DNA from: Patescibacteria group bacterium | Lineage (GTDB): Bacteria; Patescibacteriota; Minisyncoccia; Phycocordibacterales; JACOZG01 | NCBI GenBank assembly: GCA_038064435.1 | Contig: JBBTTC010000001.1 | Span: 3,170-67,169 of the forward strand | DNA: 64,000 bases | Reading direction: 5' to 3' | The notes under the pieces: generated by a model | What the model was told of the DNA's origin: nothing | Databases searched by the model: none | Seen by the model: the letters and a program-made list of their open reading frames with translations, nothing else | Program-made: the position numbers and the translations under genes | In this document: piece after piece, positions 48,148 to 57,820 of the stretch | Numbering within the stretch: the first letter of the stretch is position 1 | How the letters are laid out: every line of letters begins with the position of its first letter

Positions 48148-48462
48148 TAAAAACAAGGAACCAGATGCGAAGCATCGGTGACTATGTTTTTATGATCTAA
48201 TCATATCCTTTTCGCGAACTTTTTTCCAGCAAAACTAACTCATCCCGCCACGCCTCGGGAGTACCCTCGGCGTCCGCCCTCCGCCCCAGCGCCAATCCAT
48301 GCTTTTTGTTTGGCGTGGGTTTTTTGATTTCGGAATGGGCGCTGGGGCTTCGGGCGGACCAAATTTAGTTTATCAAAAATTTCGATTACGAAAAAGAAAA
48401 ACCCGCACACAAGGTACGGGTTCCAGATTTTGTTCACCACTTCTGGAAAGTGGACCATCTGG

Positions 48463-48693
48463 TCATTGGTGGAAAAAGACGACTAGGCATGTTACGAAAC
48501 ATAACATCCCTTCCAACATAACTCTTTTTCTACGCAAAACTCGAGGCGTGGAGGAAGAACTCTTGTTCGTGTAATAGTTGGTAATGGTTTCGAGATCCTC
48601 CTTTGCTCCCAACCAAAAATAGGAACCAAAAACTACAACCAAGGCCGAGAGAAACATTCCGACTTTAGTCAAATCAAGCAAATTCGGGTGCAT
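48463..48693 (-). CDS. Hypothetical small membrane protein
   Basis: Two hydrophobic segments; AAAGGA upstream; follows 48699-49205 on the same strand. Confidence 0.45.
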   Translation of the reverse strand: MHPNLLDLTKVGMFLSALVVVFGSYFWLGAKEDLETITNYYTNKSSSSTPRVLRRKRVMLEGMLCFVTCLVVFFHQ

Positions 48694-48698
48694 GGCAA

Positions 48699-49205
48699 CT
48701 ATTCCTTTGTTAAAGTGCTTGGTTGATTCTCAACTTCGTTGAGGGCAAAAACCAAACTTTCCTTGGAAATAAACAATTCCTTCTCTTTGTTTGTTTGGTC
48801 GTGGAAGCGATACACACCGTCCACAATTTTTTGGAAGCAAAGATGTTCACCCCCACGCAGATTAACAATGTTGCCCGCCTGCAAACGATTGACTATCTCA
48901 TTTGCTTTTTGTTCCCACGCTCTGTACAGCTGGCCGGGGGTTTGTTCGTCGAGATTTTTCCTTTCGTGTGACAGGGGTGGAAGCGAATGTGTATACATCA
49001 TAACAAATCCTCCCAAAATCACACCAGCAATTCCAGCCCCACCGAACCAACCAACAAGAAAGATCTTGTTGCGTCGGTTCTGTAAACTTTCTTCCTGCAG
49101 ACCGCACAAACCGATCAGGACCATGAAAGAAATACAACAAATCATAATCATCTCTAATTCTCCTCTGGCCAAGCTTGGCCAAAACGGGTTCCATTCTGTT
49201 GTCAA
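48699..49205 (-). CDS. Hypothetical membrane protein
   Basis: Two TM segments; minus-strand promoter TTGACA-17-TAAACT near 49253-49281; start uncertain. Confidence 0.5.
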   Translation of the reverse strand: MTTEWNPFWPSLARGELEMIMICCISFMVLIGLCGLQEESLQNRRNKIFLVGWFGGAGIAGVILGGFVMMYTHSLPPLSHERKNLDEQTPGQLYRAWEQKANEIVNRLQAGNIVNLRGGEHLCFQKIVDGVYRFHDQTNKEKELFISKESLVFALNEVENQPSTLTKE

Positions 49206-49419
49206 GGTGGTGAACGCTCACCACGAACAATTTGCAACGATTTACTAATGCTAGTTTAGCACATCGCCCTAAACTTGTCAAGTGTTTTGGCTATGTCAAA
49301 TAACCATTATTTCAAGGCACATTCTGACCCCTTGACGCCGTTTGAGTATTTGCTATTATGGGAATACAAACGGTTTCGGCCTCATCCGCCTCGGCGGATA
49401 GAAAACGCAAAAGCGGTTA

Positions 49420-49809
49420 TCACTGGCAAAGTTTGATGACCGCTTTTTGTATTTTGGCATAATCCTCGGTTTTCAAAACGGCAAATTTATCGAGCAACCG
49501 CTTGGCATCCACTAATCGTAATTGAGAAATGATAGCCGAGCGTTCCTCGCCATCACTTAAATCTACTGGCACATAGAATTTACCGCCTTTGCGTTTTCTG
49601 GTCAGTGGAATAGACCAAAAAACTTCATTGTTGAACTTTTTGAAAATGATGATCGGACGAGCGAAGTTGTAACCTTTGCCATCTTGCTCAAAACCAACAT
49701 TGTAACCGAGTGAGCACCACCAGACCTCACGCTCGTGGAAAAACACCCGCGCGCCCTCGTTATGTAACTTCTCTTTCTTTTTGTGCCACTTCAAAAAGTC
49801 TTTCTCCAT
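49420..49809 (-). CDS. PemK/MazF-like toxin family protein, no adjacent antitoxin ORF
   Basis: REVWWCSLGYNVGFEQDGKG..RP.II, IPLT, SQLR.VD.KRL. Confidence 0.75.
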   Translation of the reverse strand: MEKDFLKWHKKKEKLHNEGARVFFHEREVWWCSLGYNVGFEQDGKGYNFARPIIIFKKFNNEVFWSIPLTRKRKGGKFYVPVDLSDGEERSAIISQLRLVDAKRLLDKFAVLKTEDYAKIQKAVIKLCQ

Positions 49810-49897
49810 GATTTGATAATAGCAAAATTTGCTTCTCAATTGAAAAAGTTAGTCGTGTGCAAAATCCGAGCGAATGATATAATTAGTTCAAAATAAC

Positions 49898-50878
49898 TTG
49901 AGGAAAAAAATTCGCGTGGCGGTGGTGTCGGGAGGTAAGTCGGCGGAGCATGAGGTATCACTCCGTTCGGCTAAGAACGTGGCTGCGGCCATGGACAAAA
50001 GTAAGTACGAAGTGGTACCAGTTAAAATTGGTAAGACTGGTCAGTGGCCAATTCGTGGTTCGTGGGAAAAATTTTTTAGCTCAATAGACGTAGTATTCCC
50101 AATTTTGCATGGGCCATTTGGTGAAGACGGTACGGTGCAGGGCTTGCTCAAAATTATTGGCGTGCCGTTTGTTGGCGCTGGCGTGTTGGGCTCAGCCGTG
50201 GGGATGGATAAGGACGTGATGAAGCGACTGTTACGTCAGGCCAGTATTCCGGTCGGTAAATTTATGGTTTTTAAATCTGGTGAGAAAATTAGTTTTGTTC
50301 GGGTAAGACGGGGGTTAGGTTTACCACTTTTTGTTAAACCGGCCAACATGGGTTCGTCGGTGGGGGTGAGTAAGGCGGTTGATGAATTGTCTTTGGCCAA
50401 AGCTATTAAGACCGCATTTAAATTTGACACCAAAATTATTATTGAAGAATTTATTGCCGGTCGAGAATTGGAATGTGCTGTGCTCGGCAATGACGAGCCG
50501 ATAGTTTCGGTGCCTGGCGAAGTTTTGGTCAAAGGTGGCTTTTATTCTTATGAGGCCAAATATAGCAGCGCGAGCGAGGCCGTAACGGAAATTCCAGCTA
50601 AGGTTCCACAAAAAATAGTCAAAGAAATTCAAAAACTAGCCGTAAAAACCTTCACCACCCTGTGTGGCGAGGGTTTGGCGCGGGTGGATTTTTTTCTCAA
50701 GAATGACGGCCGAATTTATGTTAATGAAATAAACACCATGCCCGGGTTTACTAATATCAGCATGTATCCTAAACTATGGGCCGAGAGCGGGATATCGTAC
50801 TCGCACCTAATTGACCGTCTCATCCAACTCGCTCTCGCTCACACCAAAGCCGAGAAAAAATTGAGAATTTCTATATGA
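49898..50878 (+). CDS. ddl: D-alanine--D-alanine ligase
   Basis: GGKSAEHEVSL.SA, LHG.FGEDG.VQG, NEINTMPGFT..SMYP. Confidence 0.96.
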   Translation: MRKKIRVAVVSGGKSAEHEVSLRSAKNVAAAMDKSKYEVVPVKIGKTGQWPIRGSWEKFFSSIDVVFPILHGPFGEDGTVQGLLKIIGVPFVGAGVLGSAVGMDKDVMKRLLRQASIPVGKFMVFKSGEKISFVRVRRGLGLPLFVKPANMGSSVGVSKAVDELSLAKAIKTAFKFDTKIIIEEFIAGRELECAVLGNDEPIVSVPGEVLVKGGFYSYEAKYSSASEAVTEIPAKVPQKIVKEIQKLAVKTFTTLCGEGLARVDFFLKNDGRIYVNEINTMPGFTNISMYPKLWAESGISYSHLIDRLIQLALAHTKAEKKLRISI

Positions 50879-51591
50879 AAGCCGAAAGGGCGACTAACCC
50901 ACATCAGTACGATTCTCCGGAAATTAATTGGCCCGTTTTGGGTGCCGAAGACGCTCGCAAATATTTTCGTGATGTTCTAGATTCAATCATCAAGGATGAT
51001 TATTTAGAGGGGAAAAAAGTAATTGATATCGGTTCCGGAGTCGGGCACTTGTTTGATTGGTTACGCACAAGAGGCGCTAGTGATGTAACTGGCATCGATC
51101 CGTCAACAAAAAATATTGCAATAAGCAGTAATAAATACCCATGGGCGATTTCGGTGGTATCAACATGAAATGAAGTTGCCGAGAAAAATGTTGAGCCCTT
51201 TGATGTGGCGATAGCAATTTTAGTTTTCGAACATATCCAAAACCTGCGCGAAGCTTTTGGTGACGTAAACAAACTTCTTCGCACTGGGGGACAGTTTTAT
51301 CTAATTGTATGCGACAAAGATTACAGTGTTTCTAATGATAAAGAATTGAGAAGCGCTGGGTTTGTAAGTACGGAAATAATAAAAGAGTTGGAGGGCGACG
51401 CTGTTGAAACCAAAACCGTAAGAGATTTAACCGACGGTTCTTCTAGCGTGATGTACGATATTTTTCGACCGGTCGAACAGGTTCGAGAGGCAGCTAAGAC
51501 AGAAGGATTAACATTAATTACCGAGCAAGCTTTATTGAGTTCCACCGCAACCCCGGTTCCCATGTTGCATGTTTTAGTCTTCACTAAATAA
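50875..51591 (+). pseudogene. Class I SAM-dependent methyltransferase interrupted by one in-frame TGA (51166-51168)
   Basis: VIDIGSGVG and GIDPS in the first ORF; FDVAIAILVFEHI..LLRTGG continues in the same frame after the stop. Confidence 0.75.
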
Positions 51592-51602
51592 GATTTGTAA
51601 AA

Positions 51603-51785
51603 ATGATCAAACTAATTGTGTTGTTGGGAATAATTGGAGTAATGGTTTGGTACAGTTTGAGTTTGTTTGAAAACAATGTGACGACTGGTGATTCGTCAGA
51701 CGATAATGTTAATCCAATCCAAGCGGCCAAAGAGGCAAAAAACTTGATTGAAGGTAGGTTTAATCAACAAACATTGCCGGAGTAG
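51603..51785 (+). CDS. Small hypothetical membrane-anchored protein
   Basis: N-terminal TM helix, 60 aa. Confidence 0.55.
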   Translation: MIKLIVLLGIIGVMVWYSLSLFENNVTTGDSSDDNVNPIQAAKEAKNLIEGRFNQQTLPE

Positions 51786-51843
51786 GTTTTTGTTGGTAGT
51801 ATCAAAAAAGTCATTAGTTCTCGAGTTTAGCAGGAGATAAGGG

Positions 51844-52002
51844 GTGAAAGTTTTTTATTGGGTACGGATCGAGAGTGGTCACTGGTTGCAGGTTAGTCGG
51901 CGCCGCTGGGAACGAGCCACTGGGCCGAGAATAATTGTCCACGCCCTTGGCACGGCGGCTAATCATGAAAGGATCAAACGATTGATGTCGTTGCCGAATT
52001 GA
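51844..52002 (+). CDS. Small hypothetical protein, 52 aa (not in the ORF track)
   Basis: TTGCCG-17-TAGTAT promoter, CAGGAG SD, GTG start, MKVFYWVRIESGHWLQVSRRRWERATGPR.., hairpin GAGCGG..CCGCTC at the stop. Confidence 0.5.
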   Translation: MKVFYWVRIESGHWLQVSRRRWERATGPRIIVHALGTAANHERIKRLMSLPN

Positions 52003-52032
52003 GCGGTTGTTTTACACAGCCGCTCGTTTTTT

Positions 52033-53238
52033 TTATTTAAAACGCGACAGAAAATCAGAGACGGACGATTTACTTGATTGGCCGGTGTCGCGATCTTCGA
52101 TGGTGATATTGCCGGCCACGGCCTCGGCCGCGCCGATGATGAGCAGATAAGGAATCTTTTGTAATTTGGCGCCGCGAATTTTTTTGCCCAGAGTCTCATT
52201 ATCAAAATTGGTTTCAACTCGGATATTGGCTTGACGTAATTCGGTGGCCACGCGCTCGGCGTAGGCCACTTCTTTTTCGCTCACCGAGAGGATCATGGTT
52301 TGCACGGGCGCGAGCCAAATTGGCAAAGCGCCGCCAGTAAATTCCAAAACAGTGGCCACGAAGCGCTCGATCGAACCCATGATGGCGCAATGCACCATCA
52401 TGATTCGCTCTTTTTCACCCTGCTCATTAATGCAAGTTAGATCAAAGCGCTCTGGCACATTAACGTCAAGTTGAATGGTGGCCAATTGCCATTCGCGACC
52501 AAGTGGATCAATGGCGGTGAAATCAATTTTTGGACCGTAAAAGGCCGCTTCGCCCGCCACTTCTTCGGCGTTAACCTGACGATCGTGTACCACTTCACGC
52601 AAAACATTTTCGGCTTTTTGCCAGTCGATCTCGGTGCCGAGGTATTTTTCCATCTTTTGCGAGTCGTGAAAGGAGAGACGGATTTGCCATTTATCAAAGC
52701 CAACGGCGCCATAAAATTCTTCAATAATTTGCCAAACTTTTTCGATTTCGCTTTTCGCCTGATCGGCCCGACAAAAAACGTGAGCATCATCTTGAGTGAT
52801 GGAGCGCACGCGCGTGAGACCGCCCAATTCGCCTGTTTGTTCGTCGCGATAGACCATGGTGGTATTGGCGTAGCGTATCGGCAGGTCGCGGTAGCTTTGC
52901 GGTCGCCGCCGGTAAATCTCGATATGGTGCGGGCAATTCATCGGTTTAACAGCAAAAAGGTGCCCCTCTCGGCTAGTGATTTTGAAAAGCTCGTCGGAAA
53001 ATTTGGTCCAATGGCCGCTGGTCTCGTACAGATCCTTTTTGGTAAGGTGCGGAATTTCCACTTTTTGATAGCCGCGCCGTTGGCGCAATTCCCACACCAA
53101 TTTGTCGGCGGCATCACGAATGGCCGTGCCGCGCGGCGTCCAGAGTGGTAGGCCCGAGCCAACTAAATCGGAAAAAACAAATAAGTCCAACTCTTGACCG
53201 AGCTGGCGATGGTCGGGCTTGGCAGGTATTTCAGACAT
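52033..53238 (-). CDS. thrS: Threonine--tRNA ligase lacking N-terminal TGS/editing domains
   Basis: Starts at DHRQLG; KPMNCPHH, RVR.ITQDDAH, AFYGPKID, GSIERF. Confidence 0.95.
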   Translation of the reverse strand: MSEIPAKPDHRQLGQELDLFVFSDLVGSGLPLWTPRGTAIRDAADKLVWELRQRRGYQKVEIPHLTKKDLYETSGHWTKFSDELFKITSREGHLFAVKPMNCPHHIEIYRRRPQSYRDLPIRYANTTMVYRDEQTGELGGLTRVRSITQDDAHVFCRADQAKSEIEKVWQIIEEFYGAVGFDKWQIRLSFHDSQKMEKYLGTEIDWQKAENVLREVVHDRQVNAEEVAGEAAFYGPKIDFTAIDPLGREWQLATIQLDVNVPERFDLTCINEQGEKERIMMVHCAIMGSIERFVATVLEFTGGALPIWLAPVQTMILSVSEKEVAYAERVATELRQANIRVETNFDNETLGKKIRGAKLQKIPYLLIIGAAEAVAGNITIEDRDTGQSSKSSVSDFLSRFK

Positions 53239-53255
53239 TTGGTTATCTTAGCAAT

Positions 53256-56200
53256 TTATGCAAGCTCCTTCAAACTATCGGCGACGATACTCGGTTCGCC
53301 GTTTCGAAAGGATACGCGACCGCGTATTGCCACGCAGCGTTCGCTTTCAAGCAAGGGCTTAAACTGATCAAATAAACGAGAAAAGACCACCACTTCAATT
53401 TTGTCGTTAAAGTCAGCGAGCCGAACAAAAGCCATGCGTTCGCCCTTGCGCGTATTGATGACTTTGGCTTCCTCGATTACTCCAGCCACAATCGCTAAGG
53501 TTCCCTCGCGCGCCGCCTTGGCCGCTTTGATTTGTTCTTTGGCTTGAGCAAATTTTTCTCGAAAGCGGTCGAGCGGATGACCAGAAAGATATAAACCCAG
53601 TAATTCTTTTTCCCAAGCCAGTTTTTCTTCCATGCTGGCCGGCGGACTTGCTTTGAGTTTGAGTGGTGCTGTCGCCACGACGGTGAGAGTACCAAATAGT
53701 GAAACTTGACTGTGGTCCTGCTTACTCACTTCACGATGATATTCAAGCAACTCGTCGAGATTGGCTAAAAGTTGTCCGCGTTCTTCACCCAAGCTGTCCA
53801 CCGTGCCAGCCTTAATTAAGGCCTCGAGAGACTTTTTGTTTAGGTTTTTGTGTGTGACGCGTTCTAGCAAGTCGGCAAAAGAACGGAAGTGTCCTCGGGC
53901 ATGACGCTCGGCCACGATGACGTTGGCAATTTCTTCACCCAGATTTTTAATGGTATAGAGGCCAAAGCGTACTTTGTCACCGGCTGGATCTTTGACCACG
54001 GTAAAATCGCCAACACTTTCGTTGATGTCGGGCGGCAAAACCGGCAAGCTCATTTTTTTGCATTCACTGATGACATTGGAAATTTCTTCCACATCGCCCG
54101 ACTCGGCCGAGAGTACGGCCGTCATGTACTCGCTAGGATAATTAGCTTTGAGATATGAGGTTTGGTAAGCCACGCGACCGTAACTAGCGGCGTGAGCTTT
54201 GTTAAAGCCGTAGGCGGCAAACGGTTCGATGAGTTGCCACAATTCCTCTGCTTTTTTCTTGTCTAAACCATTGGCCACCAAGCCCTTGACCAAGCCTTCT
54301 TTTTGCGCTGCCATTTCTTTGGGAATTTTTTTACCCATGGCTTTGCGTAATTTGTCGGCCTCGGTCCAAGAATAGCCGGCGAGTTTGATGGCGATCATCA
54401 TTACATCGTCTTGGTAAGTGATGACTCCGTATGATTGGTCCAGAATTTCTTTCAACCGCGGATCAAGATATTTAATTAATGAGGGTTTGTGTTTGCGTTT
54501 GATGTATTCGGGAATTGATTCCATTGGCCCGGGGCGATAGAGGGCGACCATGGCATTGATATCGTAAATATTTGTCGGCCTAAGTTCTTTTAGCCAACGA
54601 GTCATGCCCGTGCCGTTTAGCTGGAAGAGTCCGGTGGTCTCGCCGCGCGCCAGCATGGCAAAAGTTTTTTTATCTTCGATCGGGATGTTTTCGATGTCGA
54701 TTTTTTGCTGACTAGTTTCGGCAATAATTCGGATGGCGTTTTCTAAAATCGACAGGTTGCGAATGCCGAGAAAGTCAAACTTGAGCAAGCCGGCATCCTC
54801 CACCGCGTGCATGTCGTACTGAGTAATAATTTTGCCACCCTTAGGGTCGTATTGCAGAGGCACAAAGTCGGTGAGCGGTGTGGGCGCAATGACTACGCCA
54901 GCGGCGTGGACGGAGATGTGTCGGGCACAACCTTCAATTTTGCGGGCTAGATCAATGATTTGTTTTGTCGATGAGTCACCGTCGTACAAAGTTTTTAATT
55001 CAGGTGTGGCTTTGAGTGCGCGCTCAATTGTCATGGGGAAGCCCTGCGAGCCGAGCGGGATTAAGTTAGAAATTTTGTCGCCTACGCCGTAGGGGTGGCC
55101 GAGCGCGCGAGCCACGTCGCGTACCGCTCCACGTGCTAGCATGGAACCAAAGGTACCGATTTGGGCCACGTGATCAGTGCCGTATTTTTGCCGCACGTAG
55201 TCCAGCACTTCATCGCGGCGGCGATCAGCAAAGTCCATGTCGATATCGGGCGGTGATGGTCGGTCAGCGTTGAGGAAACGTTCGAAAGGAAGTTTGTACA
55301 CCAGTGGATCAACATTGGTGATGCCGAGCAAAAAGGATACCAAGGAACCAGCGGCCGAGCCGCGAGTGTTGGTAAAAATTCCATGCTCACGAGCATAGTT
55401 AATAATGTCAGCCACGACTAAAAAATATGGCGCGTAGCCTTTTTTGGTAATAACACCAAGTTCGTAATTGGCACGAGTCTCAGCTTCGTTGGCGCGCTCG
55501 TGTGACCGCGTTTGGTAATCTTCGAGACGCTGCCGGGTTAAGCGTGTTAGTTCATCGGCTGGTGTGGTGCCGGCGGGCAAAGGGAATTCGGGAAAGACCC
55601 AGCGACCCAACTCCAGTTCTAACTGGCAACGCTCGGCCACTAGGGCAGTATTGCTAACGGCCTCGGGCGCGGCGGCAAAATAGCGTTCAGCCGTGGCCGG
55701 ATCAATAAAAGAAAAGTCTTCGTTCTGATTGGAGAAGCGCTTGGTGTCTTCGATGTCGGTATTTGTTTGGATGGCTACTAAAGTATCGTGAGCTTTGGCG
55801 TCGCTGGGGTCGAGGTAGTGGGCATCTTGAGTGGCTACTAGAGGAATTTTAAGTTCATGCGCTAGTTTTATAATTCCCTCCGTCACTTCTGTTTGCCGCT
55901 CAATTTTGGGGTGGTACATAATTTCGAGAAAATAATTTTCGGCACCGAACAAGTTTTGATACTCTAGCGCTACCACGCGCGCGGCGTCGTAACCCTGATT
56001 GACTATGGTGCGCGAGAGCTCGCTGGCGAGACAACCCGAGAGACAAATTATGCCTTCGCGATGCTGACGCAATAGATCTTTATCCATGCGTGGTTTGTAA
56101 TAGTAACCCTCAAGATTGGCCGCGGTTACCAACTTCAATAAATTTTTATAGCCGGCAAGATTAGATGCTAGTAAGGTGAGATGGTAGCGACGATTGTCAA

Positions 56201-56441
56201 TGTTTGATTCCTTATCAAAGCGCGAACGTTTGGCCAAGTAAGCTTCGACGCCAATGATTGGTTTAATGCCAGCGGCGCGGCATTCTTTGTAAAATTCAAT
56301 GGCGCCGTAGAGATTGCCATGATCAGTGAGAGCAAGAGCCGTGAGACCTATTTTTTTGGCTTTGGCCACCATGTCACTAATTTTCGACAATCCATCAAGC
56401 AGGGAATAGTGGCTATGGTTGTGGAGATGTACAAATGCCAT
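53256..56441 (-). CDS. dnaE: DNA polymerase III alpha subunit
   Basis: FVHLHNHSHYSLLDG, RGSAAGS, PDIDMDF, YGFNKAHA; start at MAFVH. Confidence 0.97.
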   Translation of the reverse strand: MAFVHLHNHSHYSLLDGLSKISDMVAKAKKIGLTALALTDHGNLYGAIEFYKECRAAGIKPIIGVEAYLAKRSRFDKESNIDNRRYHLTLLASNLAGYKNLLKLVTAANLEGYYYKPRMDKDLLRQHREGIICLSGCLASELSRTIVNQGYDAARVVALEYQNLFGAENYFLEIMYHPKIERQTEVTEGIIKLAHELKIPLVATQDAHYLDPSDAKAHDTLVAIQTNTDIEDTKRFSNQNEDFSFIDPATAERYFAAAPEAVSNTALVAERCQLELELGRWVFPEFPLPAGTTPADELTRLTRQRLEDYQTRSHERANEAETRANYELGVITKKGYAPYFLVVADIINYAREHGIFTNTRGSAAGSLVSFLLGITNVDPLVYKLPFERFLNADRPSPPDIDMDFADRRRDEVLDYVRQKYGTDHVAQIGTFGSMLARGAVRDVARALGHPYGVGDKISNLIPLGSQGFPMTIERALKATPELKTLYDGDSSTKQIIDLARKIEGCARHISVHAAGVVIAPTPLTDFVPLQYDPKGGKIITQYDMHAVEDAGLLKFDFLGIRNLSILENAIRIIAETSQQKIDIENIPIEDKKTFAMLARGETTGLFQLNGTGMTRWLKELRPTNIYDINAMVALYRPGPMESIPEYIKRKHKPSLIKYLDPRLKEILDQSYGVITYQDDVMMIAIKLAGYSWTEADKLRKAMGKKIPKEMAAQKEGLVKGLVANGLDKKKAEELWQLIEPFAAYGFNKAHAASYGRVAYQTSYLKANYPSEYMTAVLSAESGDVEEISNVISECKKMSLPVLPPDINESVGDFTVVKDPAGDKVRFGLYTIKNLGEEIANVIVAERHARGHFRSFADLLERVTHKNLNKKSLEALIKAGTVDSLGEERGQLLANLDELLEYHREVSKQDHSQVSLFGTLTVVATAPLKLKASPPASMEEKLAWEKELLGLYLSGHPLDRFREKFAQAKEQIKAAKAAREGTLAIVAGVIEEAKVINTRKGERMAFVRLADFNDKIEVVVFSRLFDQFKPLLESERCVAIRGRVSFRNGEPSIVADSLKELA

Positions 56442-56533
56442 AGTCGGATTATAGCAGATTGGCTTTGATTTGACCGATAGAACATAGGTGTGATATGATT
56501 GTGATGGCAGTTCTCTAACAGAAAGGAGAAGAA

Positions 56534-57160
56534 ATGGATCGTGACGATGATCGACTTGTCGCCCGAGCTGTGGCCCGAGTGATAGTGAGGATGCCGGATA
56601 AGCTTTATGTGGCTGTTGGAACGGCCCGCCGGCTGGAAACAATCGGTGCTGACAATTACGTCCAGGCCGCGGCGATACTTATTGTGGCTGGTGTGTCGAC
56701 TCGGATCGCTGAAGAGGAGTTTGGATCAGCGAACCAGGGAATTGTGGAACTGGTTAAAGAGTTGGACTTGCGACCACCCAAAGAGAACAACTGGGTGAGA
56801 AAATCGCAGATCACACTTGATGCCGTGCCCGGTCTCACCTATGCGGCCATGCAAATTTTGATTATGGCTAAAATAGATGAGCTGGAGGGCAAACTGGCGC
56901 TGGCCGATTCCAGTCCCACAACCGAATTATGGCCCAATCAGTCAGTGAGCGAACTCCAACATTGGTACAATGTGCGTTTGTGCCAAACAGTTGATCGCCG
57001 AAATCAAAACGATCGGATCAACAATTTGTCGAACGCGTTGTGCCGGATGCTAGAAAAACATCGGGCGCTGATTTCCGAAGTTTGGCCCACGCGTTGCGAT
57101 CAGGATGCCGACATTTTGGAGAATCGCCAGCGTACGCCATTGTTTTCAGCTTTAATTTAG
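56534..57160 (+). CDS. Hypothetical protein resembling a degenerate HD-domain (RelA/SpoT hydrolase-like) fold
   Basis: GAAAGGAG SD; AAAILIV..EEEFG..IVELV.EL..W.RK..MAKID pattern without the HD residues. Confidence 0.5.
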   Translation: MDRDDDRLVARAVARVIVRMPDKLYVAVGTARRLETIGADNYVQAAAILIVAGVSTRIAEEEFGSANQGIVELVKELDLRPPKENNWVRKSQITLDAVPGLTYAAMQILIMAKIDELEGKLALADSSPTTELWPNQSVSELQHWYNVRLCQTVDRRNQNDRINNLSNALCRMLEKHRALISEVWPTRCDQDADILENRQRTPLFSALI

Positions 57161-57235
57161 TCGCTTGATCTCACCGGTTTTTGCCGGGTACTCGTTAAAC
57201 GCGGGTACTCGGCTTTTTTGTTAAAATAATTAAGT

Positions 57236-57820
57236 ATGATTAGGGTGGGAATTGATGAAGCTGGCCGCGGGCCACTGGCCGGGCCGGTGGCCGTGGGTGC
57301 CGTGCGTTTCAATCGGCCGCTGGCCATTCGTGCCTGGCATGATTCCAAGCAACTCACATCGGCCGGTCGCGAGCGTTGGTTTGCTTGGCTCAAAATTAAA
57401 CAAAAAAGTGGCGCGCTTGATTGGACGGTAGCATTAATCAGCGCGCGCCAGATTGATCGGCACGGCCTCACGGTAGCGATTAAATTAGGCATCAAACGTT
57501 GTTTGCTTGGATTGGCCGTTGACCCAGCCAACTGCCGCGTTTGGCTTGACGGGGGGCTGACGGCTCCGGCCGAGTTTAAACATCAGCGCACCATTATCCG
57601 TGGAGATGAAAAGAAGGCGGTAATCGCCCTGGCTTCCGTCGCCGCTAAGGTGATGCGTGACCACCATATGATCAACTGCCACCAACGCTGGCCGGAGTAT
57701 GGCTTTTTCAATCACAAGGGTTACGGCACTTCAGCGCACCACAGCGCTCTGCGTCGCCACGGTCCCTGCCCCATCCACCGCCGCACTTTCGCGCCCATAA
57801 AAATATCAAAAATCAAATAA
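57236..57820 (+). CDS. rnhB: Ribonuclease HII
   Basis: GIDEAGRGPLAGPV, DSK.L, IALASVAAKV.RD, HKGYGT, HRRTF. Confidence 0.96.
   Translation: MIRVGIDEAGRGPLAGPVAVGAVRFNRPLAIRAWHDSKQLTSAGRERWFAWLKIKQKSGALDWTVALISARQIDRHGLTVAIKLGIKRCLLGLAVDPANCRVWLDGGLTAPAEFKHQRTIIRGDEKKAVIALASVAAKVMRDHHMINCHQRWPEYGFFNHKGYGTSAHHSALRRHGPCPIHRRTFAPIKISKIK

Noticed and set aside
51166-51168. Genetic code 25 (TGA = Gly) as in Gracilibacteria/Absconditabacteria
   Set aside because: Conserved genes are intact under code 11, several end in TGA, and only one clear internal TGA was found.
52471-53151. Long antisense ORFs (for example 52471-53151, 61920-62609, 10807-11388)
   Set aside because: They are shadows of well-supported genes on the opposite strand and have no recognisable motifs.
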